64,000 nt of DNA from Alphaproteobacteria bacterium (lineage in GTDB: Bacteria > Pseudomonadota > Alphaproteobacteria > RF32 > CAG-239). Position 1 is the stretch's first letter, and each line of letters opens with the position of its first letter. Below the pieces are notes generated by a model. It was not told the DNA's origin and searched no databases. It was given only the letters and a program-made list of their open reading frames with translations. Position numbers and translations under genes: made by a program. The stretch lies in NCBI GenBank assembly GCA_015062435.1, contig SUUR01000007.1:275-64274 (forward strand), read 5' to 3'. This document shows, piece after piece, positions 30,397-40,071 of this stretch.

Positions 30397-33300
30397 ATGG
30401 GGAAACATATGTCTAATAAAACCAATGTTGGCCATACAGCAGTATCGGCCGCCAATCTTCCGCAATTTATGAGAGAAACAACAGCTTCTGCCACCATAGA
30501 AGATAAACCATCATGGTTAAATAATAATTTGCATAAGCTGATGATTAGTGTCAGTGTTATTTGGTTTGCCATAGTTTTGATTTACATTACCCAGTTTTTC
30601 GGGTGGGATAATTTATTCTTGATGATGCCTGATGAATTTGGTGGTTTTTTAGCCGGTATAACATTGCCTTTGGCAATAATATGGGTAGTTATGGCCTATA
30701 TAGATAGAGGCACATCATTTAAGCAAGAAGCAAAATTTTTGCGAGCATATATGAATCAACTTGTTTATCCCGAAGATGGTGCGCCACAAACAGCCAAAGC
30801 AATGGCAGATGCAATTCGTTCTCAGGTTGTTGAGCTTCAACAGGTTAGTAAGCTTGCAACAGAGAAAACCGCACAAATAAAAGATGAAATCAGGGAAAAC
30901 ATCACTGAATTTTCAAAACTTATTTCTACATTAGATACATATTCCTCCAAAACCATAGTTGAGCTTAGTGATGGTGTAAAATATCTGACACAAAATTTTG
31001 AAAATATCACCAACAAAGCTCAACAGTCAGCAGAAACATTTTCCGGTTTAAATCGTGAATTTGCTTCCGGAGCAACTGATATCGAGCAAAGTTTAAAACA
31101 ATTGTTTTCAAATTTATTGCCAAAGCTAAAAGAGATTAAAACATCTGCGGAATTATTGAATGACATTTCAAATAATTCCGATGCCAATATTAGTAAAGCC
31201 AATGAAACATTAAGAAAGTTTAATGAGCAAACATCTAATAATCTTCAGCAAATGTCAGAGATGTTGGTGCGCCACTCTCAAAATTTGAATCATATTTCTG
31301 AATTGGCTGTCAATAATTGTGACGTTCTCAAAAAAACAGTATCAACAGAGGTTGAAAAATTAGGAAATACTTTAGAACAACAATCCGTTAAATTGGAACA
31401 TGCAATTTCCGATAGCGGCAATATTATGCGTAGCAAGATAGATGAATTGAGTAAACATACTCAAAACAATATTAATGAAATAAATTCATATATTGCCAAA
31501 GGTATCACTTCTTTAGACGGAGAGCTAGACCGTCAAGTCAAGAAAATTGATACAGCTTTGAGCAAAAACAATCATGAGATGGTAAGTTTAATATCCTCAA
31601 TGGAGAAAAGTGCGGATAACATTAACAAAAAATTATCATCTAATGGTGATGTTTTAGCTCAAGAAATAGATAAACTCATGGTTAGGGGACGCAATCTGGA
31701 AGAGAGTGTTTCTATTCAGGTAAGTAACCTTGCAGATATTTCTTCACAAGCAATTATATCCATGCAAAAGGTTGATAAAGAATTGGAAGATAAAGTGTCT
31801 GCATTACAAAATAAAGCTTCAATCTCAGCCGAAGAAATAAATAATTACATAGACAGGATAGAACAACAAACGTCGGCTTTAAATAATCTTGGTGTAAATA
31901 TCAAAGAACAAACATCTAATATGGCTGATATATTTAAAAATCGCTATAATCTGCTCTCTGAGGCCACAACCGATATTGTAGAGCGTTTAGGTGTTATAAA
32001 TACTGAGATAGACAATACTTCAACGCATCTCTGCCAAAGTTCGGATAATGTTGTTCAATCTATTAACAATGCTGCGGATAACATGAATCGTTATGCCAAT
32101 ACTCTTACGGAAACAACTTCTGTGGTTGTAGCCCAATCTCAAGTTAGTGAAGCTGCTTTGGCACAACAACACAAGAATATTACAACCAGTGCTACTCGGG
32201 TTGAAGAAATTAAAGCAGATTTGCGCAAACAAATAGATGATTTATCAGCCGCATCATCTGAATTGCAAAATGATGCAACATTAGCTGTTGAGAAATTAAG
32301 AACCAACATATCCGCAATGCTCAGTTCATGCAATGATGTTATCAATAAGAGTAGAGCTATTAATGATAATTTGATTGAGCAAGCCAATATGTTTGATACT
32401 TCGGCCAATAGAACATTAGCTAAAGTAACTCAGTTTGAAAATGTGATGACGGTTCAAAATCAAAATATTGATATTTTGGCACAAAACACTTCAGATAAGG
32501 TCTGTGAGATTGAAAATATTTTATCTCGCCAAAATAAAATTATAGAAGAAACCACAACCAAATCATTAGCATCATTCCGTAAAAATGCAGAGGACTTCAT
32601 CGCTCAAAATAAAGCTTTACATGAGATTTCTCGTAGCACGTCAGAGTATACATCAAGCGTTGCACAAGGGTTTGATGAAAAAGCTGCTTCATTAAATATT
32701 TTGTTCAAACAACAAGAAAATGAGTTTTATAATTTCTGTGATAAAATTTCTGACAATGCAGAAAAAATGGGAGAAGCTCTTAAACAACAAGTTAATATTA
32801 TTGAGCAAAGTGCGGATAAAGTATTTTCCAGAATGGTTATGCTTGAAGAAGATACATCACGCCACACGGAGGCCGTAGTAAATAGCAGTCATCGTTCAAT
32901 TGAAAGACTTGCTGAAGTTGAGGCTTTGGTCGGAAGCAAAAATGAACTTGTTAAAAAAATGGTTGATGAGTTTTGTGTCAGCATAGAAGATGTTTCTTCT
33001 AATTTACAAAAGCATGCATTAGATTTCAGTGCAGGAACCAAAAAATTGAATGAAGAAGGTCGACTGGCAGTTGAAAATATGAAAGATAATTGTAGTCAAC
33101 TTACAAAAACAGAAGAAAATTTAAATCAAGCAGCTTCAAATATCAGTAAGCTAATGAATGAACACATAAAAAATATTGATATTGCTGTCACTAAAGCAAG
33201 CAATCAACATCAAGAAATAAATAAGATGCTATCAGTTCAAACCAATAACCTAACCGAAAGTGCCAATACATTGGCCACACAAAGCAGACTTGCCGAAGCA

Positions 33301-34590
33301 TCTTTAGCTCAGCAATATAAATACTTGAGTGACACAACAACAAGTGTTGCCCAAAAAATTAAAGAGATTAACGATAATTTCAAATCCAACACGGATTCCA
33401 TTTTTGACACCACCACCAAATTGGCATATGAATTTGATGTGCTTGGCGATAGATTAATCAAAGCCGGAGAGGATATAAACAAAACCTCTAAAACATCAAT
33501 GAAGAGCCTTGATCAGGTTAATCTGGCACTTTCACAGCATAGTGATGATTTGGACAGCACTGTTAAGCACTCTGTTGAAAAGATAGGAAGTGTATTTGGA
33601 GAATATGAGAAATATATTTCCGGCTTTAATACCGTTACGGCAGAAACCAGTACCGGAGTTATTGAAATAAATAGCCTTATTTCCTCACAAAGGGATAAGA
33701 TGGTACAGATTTCTGAAGATACTAGAAAATTGGTTGACTGCTTTAATACCGTATTGAGTGATACCTCCAATCAATTATCTAACCGAGCCAATCAAGCATA
33801 TGACAAAGTAAAAGGACTAGGTAATGATCTCAAAAACTTAGGCTTACAAATGGAAGAAGCCGCAAAGGTAAGTGCAGCACATATGCTTAACTCAGGAGAC
33901 AAACTCAGAGCATCTGTTGCTGAGATTGCAGCTAATGCCGAGCGTGTATCTAATGATATTCTAAATTCAGGAGAAGTATTCTTAAAACAGTCGACAGCAT
34001 TAGTTGCCACAACAGATGATACCATCACCAAAGTAAATAAAGCAATGGGAACATTATTGGAGGCCAGTAAAGATTTTAGTTTGAGTGGCGATTCTGTAAT
34101 CAAAAATGCATTACGCTTTAATGATATTATCGGTTCTCAAATTAAAGAACTTAATGAACATACTCGCAAAGCTGATGATACTTTGAGTTCCTTAACCACC
34201 ATGTATCAAGGAATCCAGATAGAAGGATTCTTAAAGCAAGCCGGCAGTATTATTGAAAAATTAGAAAGTTTATCCGTAGATATCAATAGGGTATTCAATC
34301 CTAAAGATGAAGATGATTTATGGAAGAAGTTTTATAACGGAGATACCGGAGTATTTGTTCGTTATTTGTCTAAGAATATTACCAAAACTCAAGTTTCTGT
34401 TGTTCGTAAAGCGTTTGAAGATAACACAGATTTCCGTAATCAAATCAATGCATATCTTGCAGAATTTGAGCTACTGATAAATTCAGCTAAAACGCATGAA
34501 CATTCCGGATTATTACTCTCTGTCATCACGGGAGCTGATATTGGTAAGCTATATTATGTCTTGGCCAAAATTATGGATAAATTAGAATAA
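30397..34590 (+). CDS. giant membrane-anchored coiled-coil protein (polarity-landmark-like architecture)
   Basis: 1397 aa. Two hydrophobic segments near the N-terminus (LMISVSVIWFAIVLIYITQFFGW, FLAGITLPLAIIWVVMAYI), then ~1150 aa of heptad-rich, Pro/Gly-poor sequence containing an internal duplication, then a globular C-terminal ~110 aa (DLWKKFYNGDTGVFVRYL...GKLYYVLAKIM). The start could be the ATG at 30397 or at 30409. Confidence 0.8.
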   Translation: MGKHMSNKTNVGHTAVSAANLPQFMRETTASATIEDKPSWLNNNLHKLMISVSVIWFAIVLIYITQFFGWDNLFLMMPDEFGGFLAGITLPLAIIWVVMAYIDRGTSFKQEAKFLRAYMNQLVYPEDGAPQTAKAMADAIRSQVVELQQVSKLATEKTAQIKDEIRENITEFSKLISTLDTYSSKTIVELSDGVKYLTQNFENITNKAQQSAETFSGLNREFASGATDIEQSLKQLFSNLLPKLKEIKTSAELLNDISNNSDANISKANETLRKFNEQTSNNLQQMSEMLVRHSQNLNHISELAVNNCDVLKKTVSTEVEKLGNTLEQQSVKLEHAISDSGNIMRSKIDELSKHTQNNINEINSYIAKGITSLDGELDRQVKKIDTALSKNNHEMVSLISSMEKSADNINKKLSSNGDVLAQEIDKLMVRGRNLEESVSIQVSNLADISSQAIISMQKVDKELEDKVSALQNKASISAEEINNYIDRIEQQTSALNNLGVNIKEQTSNMADIFKNRYNLLSEATTDIVERLGVINTEIDNTSTHLCQSSDNVVQSINNAADNMNRYANTLTETTSVVVAQSQVSEAALAQQHKNITTSATRVEEIKADLRKQIDDLSAASSELQNDATLAVEKLRTNISAMLSSCNDVINKSRAINDNLIEQANMFDTSANRTLAKVTQFENVMTVQNQNIDILAQNTSDKVCEIENILSRQNKIIEETTTKSLASFRKNAEDFIAQNKALHEISRSTSEYTSSVAQGFDEKAASLNILFKQQENEFYNFCDKISDNAEKMGEALKQQVNIIEQSADKVFSRMVMLEEDTSRHTEAVVNSSHRSIERLAEVEALVGSKNELVKKMVDEFCVSIEDVSSNLQKHALDFSAGTKKLNEEGRLAVENMKDNCSQLTKTEENLNQAASNISKLMNEHIKNIDIAVTKASNQHQEINKMLSVQTNNLTESANTLATQSRLAEASLAQQYKYLSDTTTSVAQKIKEINDNFKSNTDSIFDTTTKLAYEFDVLGDRLIKAGEDINKTSKTSMKSLDQVNLALSQHSDDLDSTVKHSVEKIGSVFGEYEKYISGFNTVTAETSTGVIEINSLISSQRDKMVQISEDTRKLVDCFNTVLSDTSNQLSNRANQAYDKVKGLGNDLKNLGLQMEEAAKVSAAHMLNSGDKLRASVAEIAANAERVSNDILNSGEVFLKQSTALVATTDDTITKVNKAMGTLLEASKDFSLSGDSVIKNALRFNDIIGSQIKELNEHTRKADDTLSSLTTMYQGIQIEGFLKQAGSIIEKLESLSVDINRVFNPKDEDDLWKKFYNGDTGVFVRYLSKNITKTQVSVVRKAFEDNTDFRNQINAYLAEFELLINSAKTHEHSGLLLSVITGADIGKLYYVLAKIMDKLE

Positions 34591-34601
34591 TAGGCAGATT
34601 A

Positions 34602-34934
34602 ATGAGCGATTACCGTTTACATAATCATATAAACAAGCTTCATCAACAAATTAACTATTCTGTTGAAAAGTTAAAGCATCGCTCATTATCTTCTTTTGAA
34701 AGTTCATCAGAGGAGCATCTCCACCAGAAATTCCCCTATCAGGTAGAAGGCCATTTGCACCATTTATTGTCAGGAGAGATAAATTGGTCACTTCAAACAC
34801 ATAACTACTCAACAGAAAACAGTTTCCAGTATGTATCATCTTCTTATAGCTATGCTGATAACATATTAAAAGAACCGACGGTACTTATAGATTTTATGTT
34901 TCCTAATAACCAAGAATTTGACTTTAAGGTATAA
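34602..34934 (+). CDS. hypothetical His/Ser-rich protein
   Basis: 110-aa ORF 11 nt after the giant gene. Its stop abuts the dusB ATG. No family recognised. Confidence 0.45.
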   Translation: MSDYRLHNHINKLHQQINYSVEKLKHRSLSSFESSSEEHLHQKFPYQVEGHLHHLLSGEINWSLQTHNYSTENSFQYVSSSYSYADNILKEPTVLIDFMFPNNQEFDFKV

Positions 34935-35894
34935 ATGCAGATATTAGATTTTAAGAGTAATGTATTTTTAGCTCCGATGGCCGGCATAACCGATAAGCCT
35001 TTTCGTAAATTGGTATCCTCATTCGGAGAAGGAAACATTGTATCGGAAATGGTTGCAATAAATGCTCTTTCACGTAAGAATGCCAAAACTTATAAGATTG
35101 CAGATGTCAGAGATGAGAATTATCCTGTAATTGTGCAATTAGTTGGCAGTGATCCGGATCTTTTTTCAGATTCTGCAAAATTGGTTGAAGAATTGGGGGC
35201 TCACTCCATAGATATCAATATGGGGTGTCCGGTAAAAAAGATAGTAGCCAACAAATCAGGCTCTCATCTTATGACAGATATTGCATTAGCATCAAAAATA
35301 ATTTCTTCTGTAAAACAAGCAACATCTTTACCTGTCAGTGTCAAATTTCGTAAAGGTTGGGATTATAATCATATTAACGCCGTAGAATTTGCCAAGATGT
35401 GTGAAGATAGCGGTGCCTCATATATTACAATTCATGGTCGTACACGTTCGGAGTTTTATTCAGGCGTAGCTGATTGGGATATTATCGCAGAGGCCAAATC
35501 ACGAGTAAACATACCTGTTGTAGGTAACGGAGATGTGACTTCTCCGCAAAAGGCTCAAGAAATGCTGGAATATACTAAAGCCGATGGCGTTATGATAGGT
35601 AGAGCAGCACTTGGACAAGTATGGTTGATAAATGATACGCACAATTATCTGACAAAAGGAATTTTGCCTTCTCCTAAACCGATAGAACTTGTTAAATCCA
35701 CATTGCTGACCCATATTAAAGAGTTAGTAGATTATTATGGAGAAAAACTTGCTCTGGGTTTATCACGCAAATACGTATGTTGGTACTGTAAAAACATGAG
35801 AGATGCCCGTAAGTTTAGAGAAACCTATGTCAGAATAGACAATCTCGAAGACGCCTATCGGGAGATAGATGCTTATTTTGATTCGGAGAAATAA
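34935..35894 (+). CDS. dusB: tRNA-dihydrouridine synthase B
   Basis: LAPMAGITDKPFR, DINMGCPVKK, ITIHGRTR. Confidence 0.9.
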   Translation: MQILDFKSNVFLAPMAGITDKPFRKLVSSFGEGNIVSEMVAINALSRKNAKTYKIADVRDENYPVIVQLVGSDPDLFSDSAKLVEELGAHSIDINMGCPVKKIVANKSGSHLMTDIALASKIISSVKQATSLPVSVKFRKGWDYNHINAVEFAKMCEDSGASYITIHGRTRSEFYSGVADWDIIAEAKSRVNIPVVGNGDVTSPQKAQEMLEYTKADGVMIGRAALGQVWLINDTHNYLTKGILPSPKPIELVKSTLLTHIKELVDYYGEKLALGLSRKYVCWYCKNMRDARKFRETYVRIDNLEDAYREIDAYFDSEK

Positions 35895-37253
35895 ATGAAG
35901 ATTATAGTTTGCGGAGCCGGAAGCATCGGACAAAGTATCGTCAGCTATTTGGCTAAAGGAAATAATGATATTGCGGTTATTGATCATAACCAACGTCGTT
36001 TAGATGAGTTATCTAAAGAATATGACATATTGCCTGTTATGGGAGAGGCTTCTCATCCGGATGTTTTGGAACGAGCCGGAGCCAAAGGGGCAGATTTGCT
36101 GTTAGCTGTTACTGATACAGATGAAGCCAACATGATAATATGCCAAATCGCTTATACGCTGTTTAATATTCCACGTAAGATTGCCCGTATAGAAAGTCCC
36201 GTATTTTTAGATCCTATTTGGGGGGCAATGTATAATGATCACCATCTTCCCATAGACTTAATAATATCTCCGGATATTGAAGTTGCTGAAAATATTTTGC
36301 AAATACTTAAGTATCCTGGTTGTTCGGGATTGTTACCTGTTATCGGAGGAGAGGGATATATTCTGACAATAAAGATACCGGAAACCTGTCCGTTATCGGC
36401 CATTCCTTTATCTCAAATTTCTCGTCAAAATGAGAATATAAGTATTGCTGTAATCAATATTTTTAGGGATAACCAATACTTCATTCCGGATAGTTATGAT
36501 GATTTCAAAGGTGGAGATGAAATTAATATTTTCGTAAAAAAAGATGCTGTTTATAATACCATATCAGCATTTTGTGCAGAAAAGCCGAGCAATGAAAGGA
36601 TTTTGCTATTCGGAGGTAATCCGGTATCAAAATATATCTGCCAACGCTTAGAACAAGATGATAGCATTATCAGCACCCGTATAATTGAAGAAGATTTGGC
36701 AAAAGCTCAAAATATGGCCAAAGATCTGTCTACCACAATAGTGATTCAAGGAGAAATGCTTAGTGATGTCATCTTAGATGAAGCAGATATTTCACATATT
36801 GATGCCGCCATAGCTGTTACAGATAACGATAAAGATAATTTATTATCTTCATTGTTGTCAGCTAAAAGAGGTGTTTCATCTACAATATCATTGGTAAATA
36901 CCCCTTCATACAATAATCTTATATTAGATATTGGCAATAGCATTTTAATAGATCGTCGCTCTGTTACCATGTCCAAACTTCTCAAAGAATTGCGCAAAGC
37001 CAAGCTTGAAGAAGCTTATGCCATTAGTCGAGGCAATGGAGAAATTTGGGAGATTAAGATAGATGATGAAGAAAGTGTCATCGGCAAAAAGATAGGAGAA
37101 CTAAATCTTCCCAAACAGAGTAGAATCTTTGTCATTCATCGCAATGGAGAAATCATATATCCAGATCCGACCATTTCTCTAAAATACGGTGATAGTATAT
37201 TGTTGTATGTAGATTCACAAGTTGTCAGACAAGCTGAAAATATTTTTTCTTAA
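35895..37253 (+). CDS. trkA: Trk potassium uptake system NAD-binding protein TrkA
   Basis: MKIIVCGAGSIGQSI Rossmann motif and duplicated RCK N/C domains, 452 aa. Its start abuts the dusB stop. Confidence 0.9.
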   Translation: MKIIVCGAGSIGQSIVSYLAKGNNDIAVIDHNQRRLDELSKEYDILPVMGEASHPDVLERAGAKGADLLLAVTDTDEANMIICQIAYTLFNIPRKIARIESPVFLDPIWGAMYNDHHLPIDLIISPDIEVAENILQILKYPGCSGLLPVIGGEGYILTIKIPETCPLSAIPLSQISRQNENISIAVINIFRDNQYFIPDSYDDFKGGDEINIFVKKDAVYNTISAFCAEKPSNERILLFGGNPVSKYICQRLEQDDSIISTRIIEEDLAKAQNMAKDLSTTIVIQGEMLSDVILDEADISHIDAAIAVTDNDKDNLLSSLLSAKRGVSSTISLVNTPSYNNLILDIGNSILIDRRSVTMSKLLKELRKAKLEEAYAISRGNGEIWEIKIDDEESVIGKKIGELNLPKQSRIFVIHRNGEIIYPDPTISLKYGDSILLYVDSQVVRQAENIFS

Positions 37254-37326
37254 AAATTCTTTACTAATCAAAAAAAATGTAGTTAAAATATAAAAAAGCA
37301 GCAATAATAACAAAAGGAAAAATTAT

Positions 37327-37548
37327 ATGTCTCAAAATGTACAAGAAGATTTTTTAGGAAACATTCGTGATAATGAAGTATCTGTTACTGTATTTTTAGT
37401 AAACGGCGTCAAATTGCAAGGTATAATTACTTGGTTTGATGATAATTCTTTATTGCTGCGCAGAGATGGGCACACACAGCTGATATATAAACACGCAGTA
37501 TCTACCATAATGCCGTCAGAAGCAATAGACCTTAGAGCAGAAAACTAA
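37327..37548 (+). CDS. hfq: RNA chaperone Hfq
   Basis: Sm1/Sm2 motifs: [33 protein letters not shown]...[22 protein letters not shown]. Confidence 0.95.
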   Translation: MSQNVQEDFLGNIRDNEVSVTVFLVNGVKLQGIITWFDDNSLLLRRDGHTQLIYKHAVSTIMPSEAIDLRAEN

Positions 37549-37549
37549 T

Positions 37550-38836
37550 TTGTCGTTAATTGATTGCAACAAGACATCATCTGCCAAAACTGCAGTTATT
37601 TTTCCTGAAATTGCAGACAGGTATCTTAATGTATCATCGGAATCTCGTTTGGCAGAGGCCGTAGGTCTTGCTCTTGCTATTAATCTTGATGTTGTTCATC
37701 AAGAGATTGTACACCTACGCACAATAAAACCATCAACATTGCTCGGTCATGGTATTTTGGAGCGCCTTCTTCCACAAATAAAAGAACATGAGATCGAGTT
37801 ATTAATAGTTGATAGCAATCTTTCCCCCATTCAGCAACGTAATCTGGAAAAATTTTTACAAATTAAGGTTATTGACAGGACTGCCTTAATTTTAGAAATC
37901 TTTGGAGAAAGAGCCCAAACAAATGAGGGAAAATTGCAAGTAGAATTAGCTCATCTAAGTTACCAACGGAGCCGATTGGTAAGAAGTTGGACTCATCTTG
38001 AGCGACAGAGAGGTGGAGCCGGATTTTTAGGTGGACCCGGAGAAACTCAAATAGAACTTGATAGAAGAATTATTGATGATAAGATTTTACGAATAAAAAA
38101 AGATTTAGAGAAGGTTCGTAAAACTCGCAAAATACAAAGATCTTCAAGACAAAGAGTTCCATACCCTGTTGTAGCACTTGTAGGCTATACCAACGCCGGT
38201 AAATCTTCATTATTTAATTACATGTCTTCAGGAGATGTTTTGGCAAAAGATATGCTTTTTGCCACATTAGATACCACAATGCGTAAGCTGAAACTTCCTT
38301 CCGGACGTACAGTGATTTTATCAGACACCGTAGGTTTTATTTCTGATTTACCACATGAGCTGATAATGGCTTTTAGAGCCACTTTAGAAGAAATTTTAGA
38401 AGCCGATATCATTGTCCATGTTAGGGATATTTCTAATCCTGACAATAAAGAACAACGCCAAGATGTGATAAATGTATTAGAAAGTTTAGGTCTTCAAAAC
38501 ATCACCGAAAAACCTGATTATATAGAATTATTAAATAAATCAGATTTATTATCTTCTGAAGATAAAACCAATCTCGGCAAACAAGATGGAGTTTTAGTTT
38601 CCGCAGTTAGCGGAGAGGGGATTAATCGATTCCTTAGTTTGGTTGATGATAGGTTATCCTCAGACTATAATATTATGCAATTTTCCATACCGGCATCAGA
38701 TGGTAAAACCATTGCATGGATACACGCCAATGCCGAAATAATATCTTCACAAATAGATGGAGATAATCTTGTTTTAAAAATTCGCATTAGCCAAGCAAAC
38801 ACCAACAAACTTCAAAAGATTTTTAAACAAAAATAA
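37550..38836 (+). CDS. hflX: GTPase HflX
   Basis: G1 GYTNAGKSSLFN, G3 DTVGFI, G4 NKSD, and an HflX N-domain (LAHLSYQRSRL...GPGETQIE). TTG start 1 nt after the hfq stop. Confidence 0.93.
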   Translation: MSLIDCNKTSSAKTAVIFPEIADRYLNVSSESRLAEAVGLALAINLDVVHQEIVHLRTIKPSTLLGHGILERLLPQIKEHEIELLIVDSNLSPIQQRNLEKFLQIKVIDRTALILEIFGERAQTNEGKLQVELAHLSYQRSRLVRSWTHLERQRGGAGFLGGPGETQIELDRRIIDDKILRIKKDLEKVRKTRKIQRSSRQRVPYPVVALVGYTNAGKSSLFNYMSSGDVLAKDMLFATLDTTMRKLKLPSGRTVILSDTVGFISDLPHELIMAFRATLEEILEADIIVHVRDISNPDNKEQRQDVINVLESLGLQNITEKPDYIELLNKSDLLSSEDKTNLGKQDGVLVSAVSGEGINRFLSLVDDRLSSDYNIMQFSIPASDGKTIAWIHANAEIISSQIDGDNLVLKIRISQANTNKLQKIFKQK

Positions 38837-38838
38837 TA

Positions 38839-39057
38839 TTATTGTCTCATAAGGTTAAAATATGCATTCCAATCCCTGTTATCGTAGACTTTCACGCTCA
38901 GTGTGCCAATCTTCGGTATAGCGCTCATCACAAGGTTGTCCATATAATAATTAGAAAAGAAGTCATCACAACAAGATATATAACCTATACTGAAAAAGTT
39001 TACATGGCAGAAATGCTTCAAATTATCAGAGCAGCCGGAATAAATGTTGATTTGGCA
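38839..39057 (-). pseudogene. possible degenerate fragment of the Cys-rich module family
   Basis: The frame is open from the stop at 39058-60. There is no ATG, RBS or signal peptide; the track starts it at the TTG at 39021. IGYISCCDDFFSNYYMDNLVMSAIPKIGTLSVKVYDN resembles CCDFSKYQLSATDKIEHAVYDS in the 561-aa protein. Confidence 0.25.
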
Positions 39058-39084
39058 TTATAAACATACCTGTTTAATTTCTTT

Positions 39085-40071
39085 TTATTTTTCTTGACAT
39101 CTTTTGATTCCTGCTAAACTTGAAGAATAATAGTAACACCAAGCAGAATCAGGCCATGGCGTTATTGTATTGTTTGAAATATTAGTGGAATAAGTATATC
39201 CTTGCAATACTTTATAGGTTGCAGTTCCGGGAAATGCATTACTATATTCGGTGATACCGGTAGGCATTTGTGGAGCTTCTCCTGATAAGCCATCGCATTG
39301 TTTAAAAGCAGATGTCATACTTGTTACCGTAGGTGGAATTTCAGGAATATTACCGGTTAGCCCTGTACACCCTTCAAAAGCTGAATTCATACTGGTAATA
39401 CCACTCGGAAGTTCAGGAATATCCCCTGTTAAACCGGAACACCCTGAAAATAAACCATCAATAGATGTTATTGACGGTGGAAGTTTCAATTTAGGTATAC
39501 TTCCGACTGTTGAAACATCACATAATTTAGGTAATTCCTCAAGACTTTGTAATGTAATCGCTTTTACCGATGATATTGCAACATTAGACGCTACCAGATC
39601 TCCATTATATCTTCCATGATATCCTTTAAATTTTTTGAAATTTCCACACAATCTATATTCCATATCACTATTAACAGCAAGAGATCCGCAACCTATTGTT
39701 GTTTCTACTTGTGAATTTATGACTGTTTGTTTTTTGACTATTTGTTTATAATTTGTTCCGCAATCCACAATTGCTTCTGTTACACCTTCAAGATGAAATA
39801 CGACAGATATGGATGAACTCCAACCATTATGCAGTGTAAAAATTAAAGCATCATCTTCTTTACATAAGTAGTCGTCAACCAAACTACTTCCGCCACTACA
39901 ATAAACTTTTGAACTATCAAACGGACAAGTCAGGTATTCGATATCACCACAATCATCGACAGATTTGGTATATCCCAAGCTTTCACAAGATGGCGGTTGT
40001 TGGCATGTTTGAGCGGAGACTGTTGAGGTATAAATCGTGCTTGCAAGCAATGATAAAAGCAATTTTTTCAT
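39085..40071 (-). CDS. secreted Cys-rich protein with BspA/LRR_5-like C-terminal repeats
   Basis: Signal peptide MKKLLLSLLASTIYTSTVSA. Its N-terminal Cys module is shared with the upstream gene. Three ~24-aa repeats span aa ~200-281: SITSIDGLFSGCSGLTGDIPELP / SGITSMNSAFEGCTGLTGNIPEIP / PTVTSMTSAFKQCDGLSGEAPQMP. The start overlaps the upstream stop (ATGA). Confidence 0.75.
   Translation of the reverse strand: MKKLLLSLLASTIYTSTVSAQTCQQPPSCESLGYTKSVDDCGDIEYLTCPFDSSKVYCSGGSSLVDDYLCKEDDALIFTLHNGWSSSISVVFHLEGVTEAIVDCGTNYKQIVKKQTVINSQVETTIGCGSLAVNSDMEYRLCGNFKKFKGYHGRYNGDLVASNVAISSVKAITLQSLEELPKLCDVSTVGSIPKLKLPPSITSIDGLFSGCSGLTGDIPELPSGITSMNSAFEGCTGLTGNIPEIPPTVTSMTSAFKQCDGLSGEAPQMPTGITEYSNAFPGTATYKVLQGYTYSTNISNNTITPWPDSAWCYYYSSSLAGIKRCQEK

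Noticed and set aside
38842-39063. 73-aa plus-strand ORF after hflX
   Set aside because: It has no RBS and an odd composition. It is antisense to a frame that shows similarity to the Cys-rich family module, so the minus-strand fragment is the better explanation.
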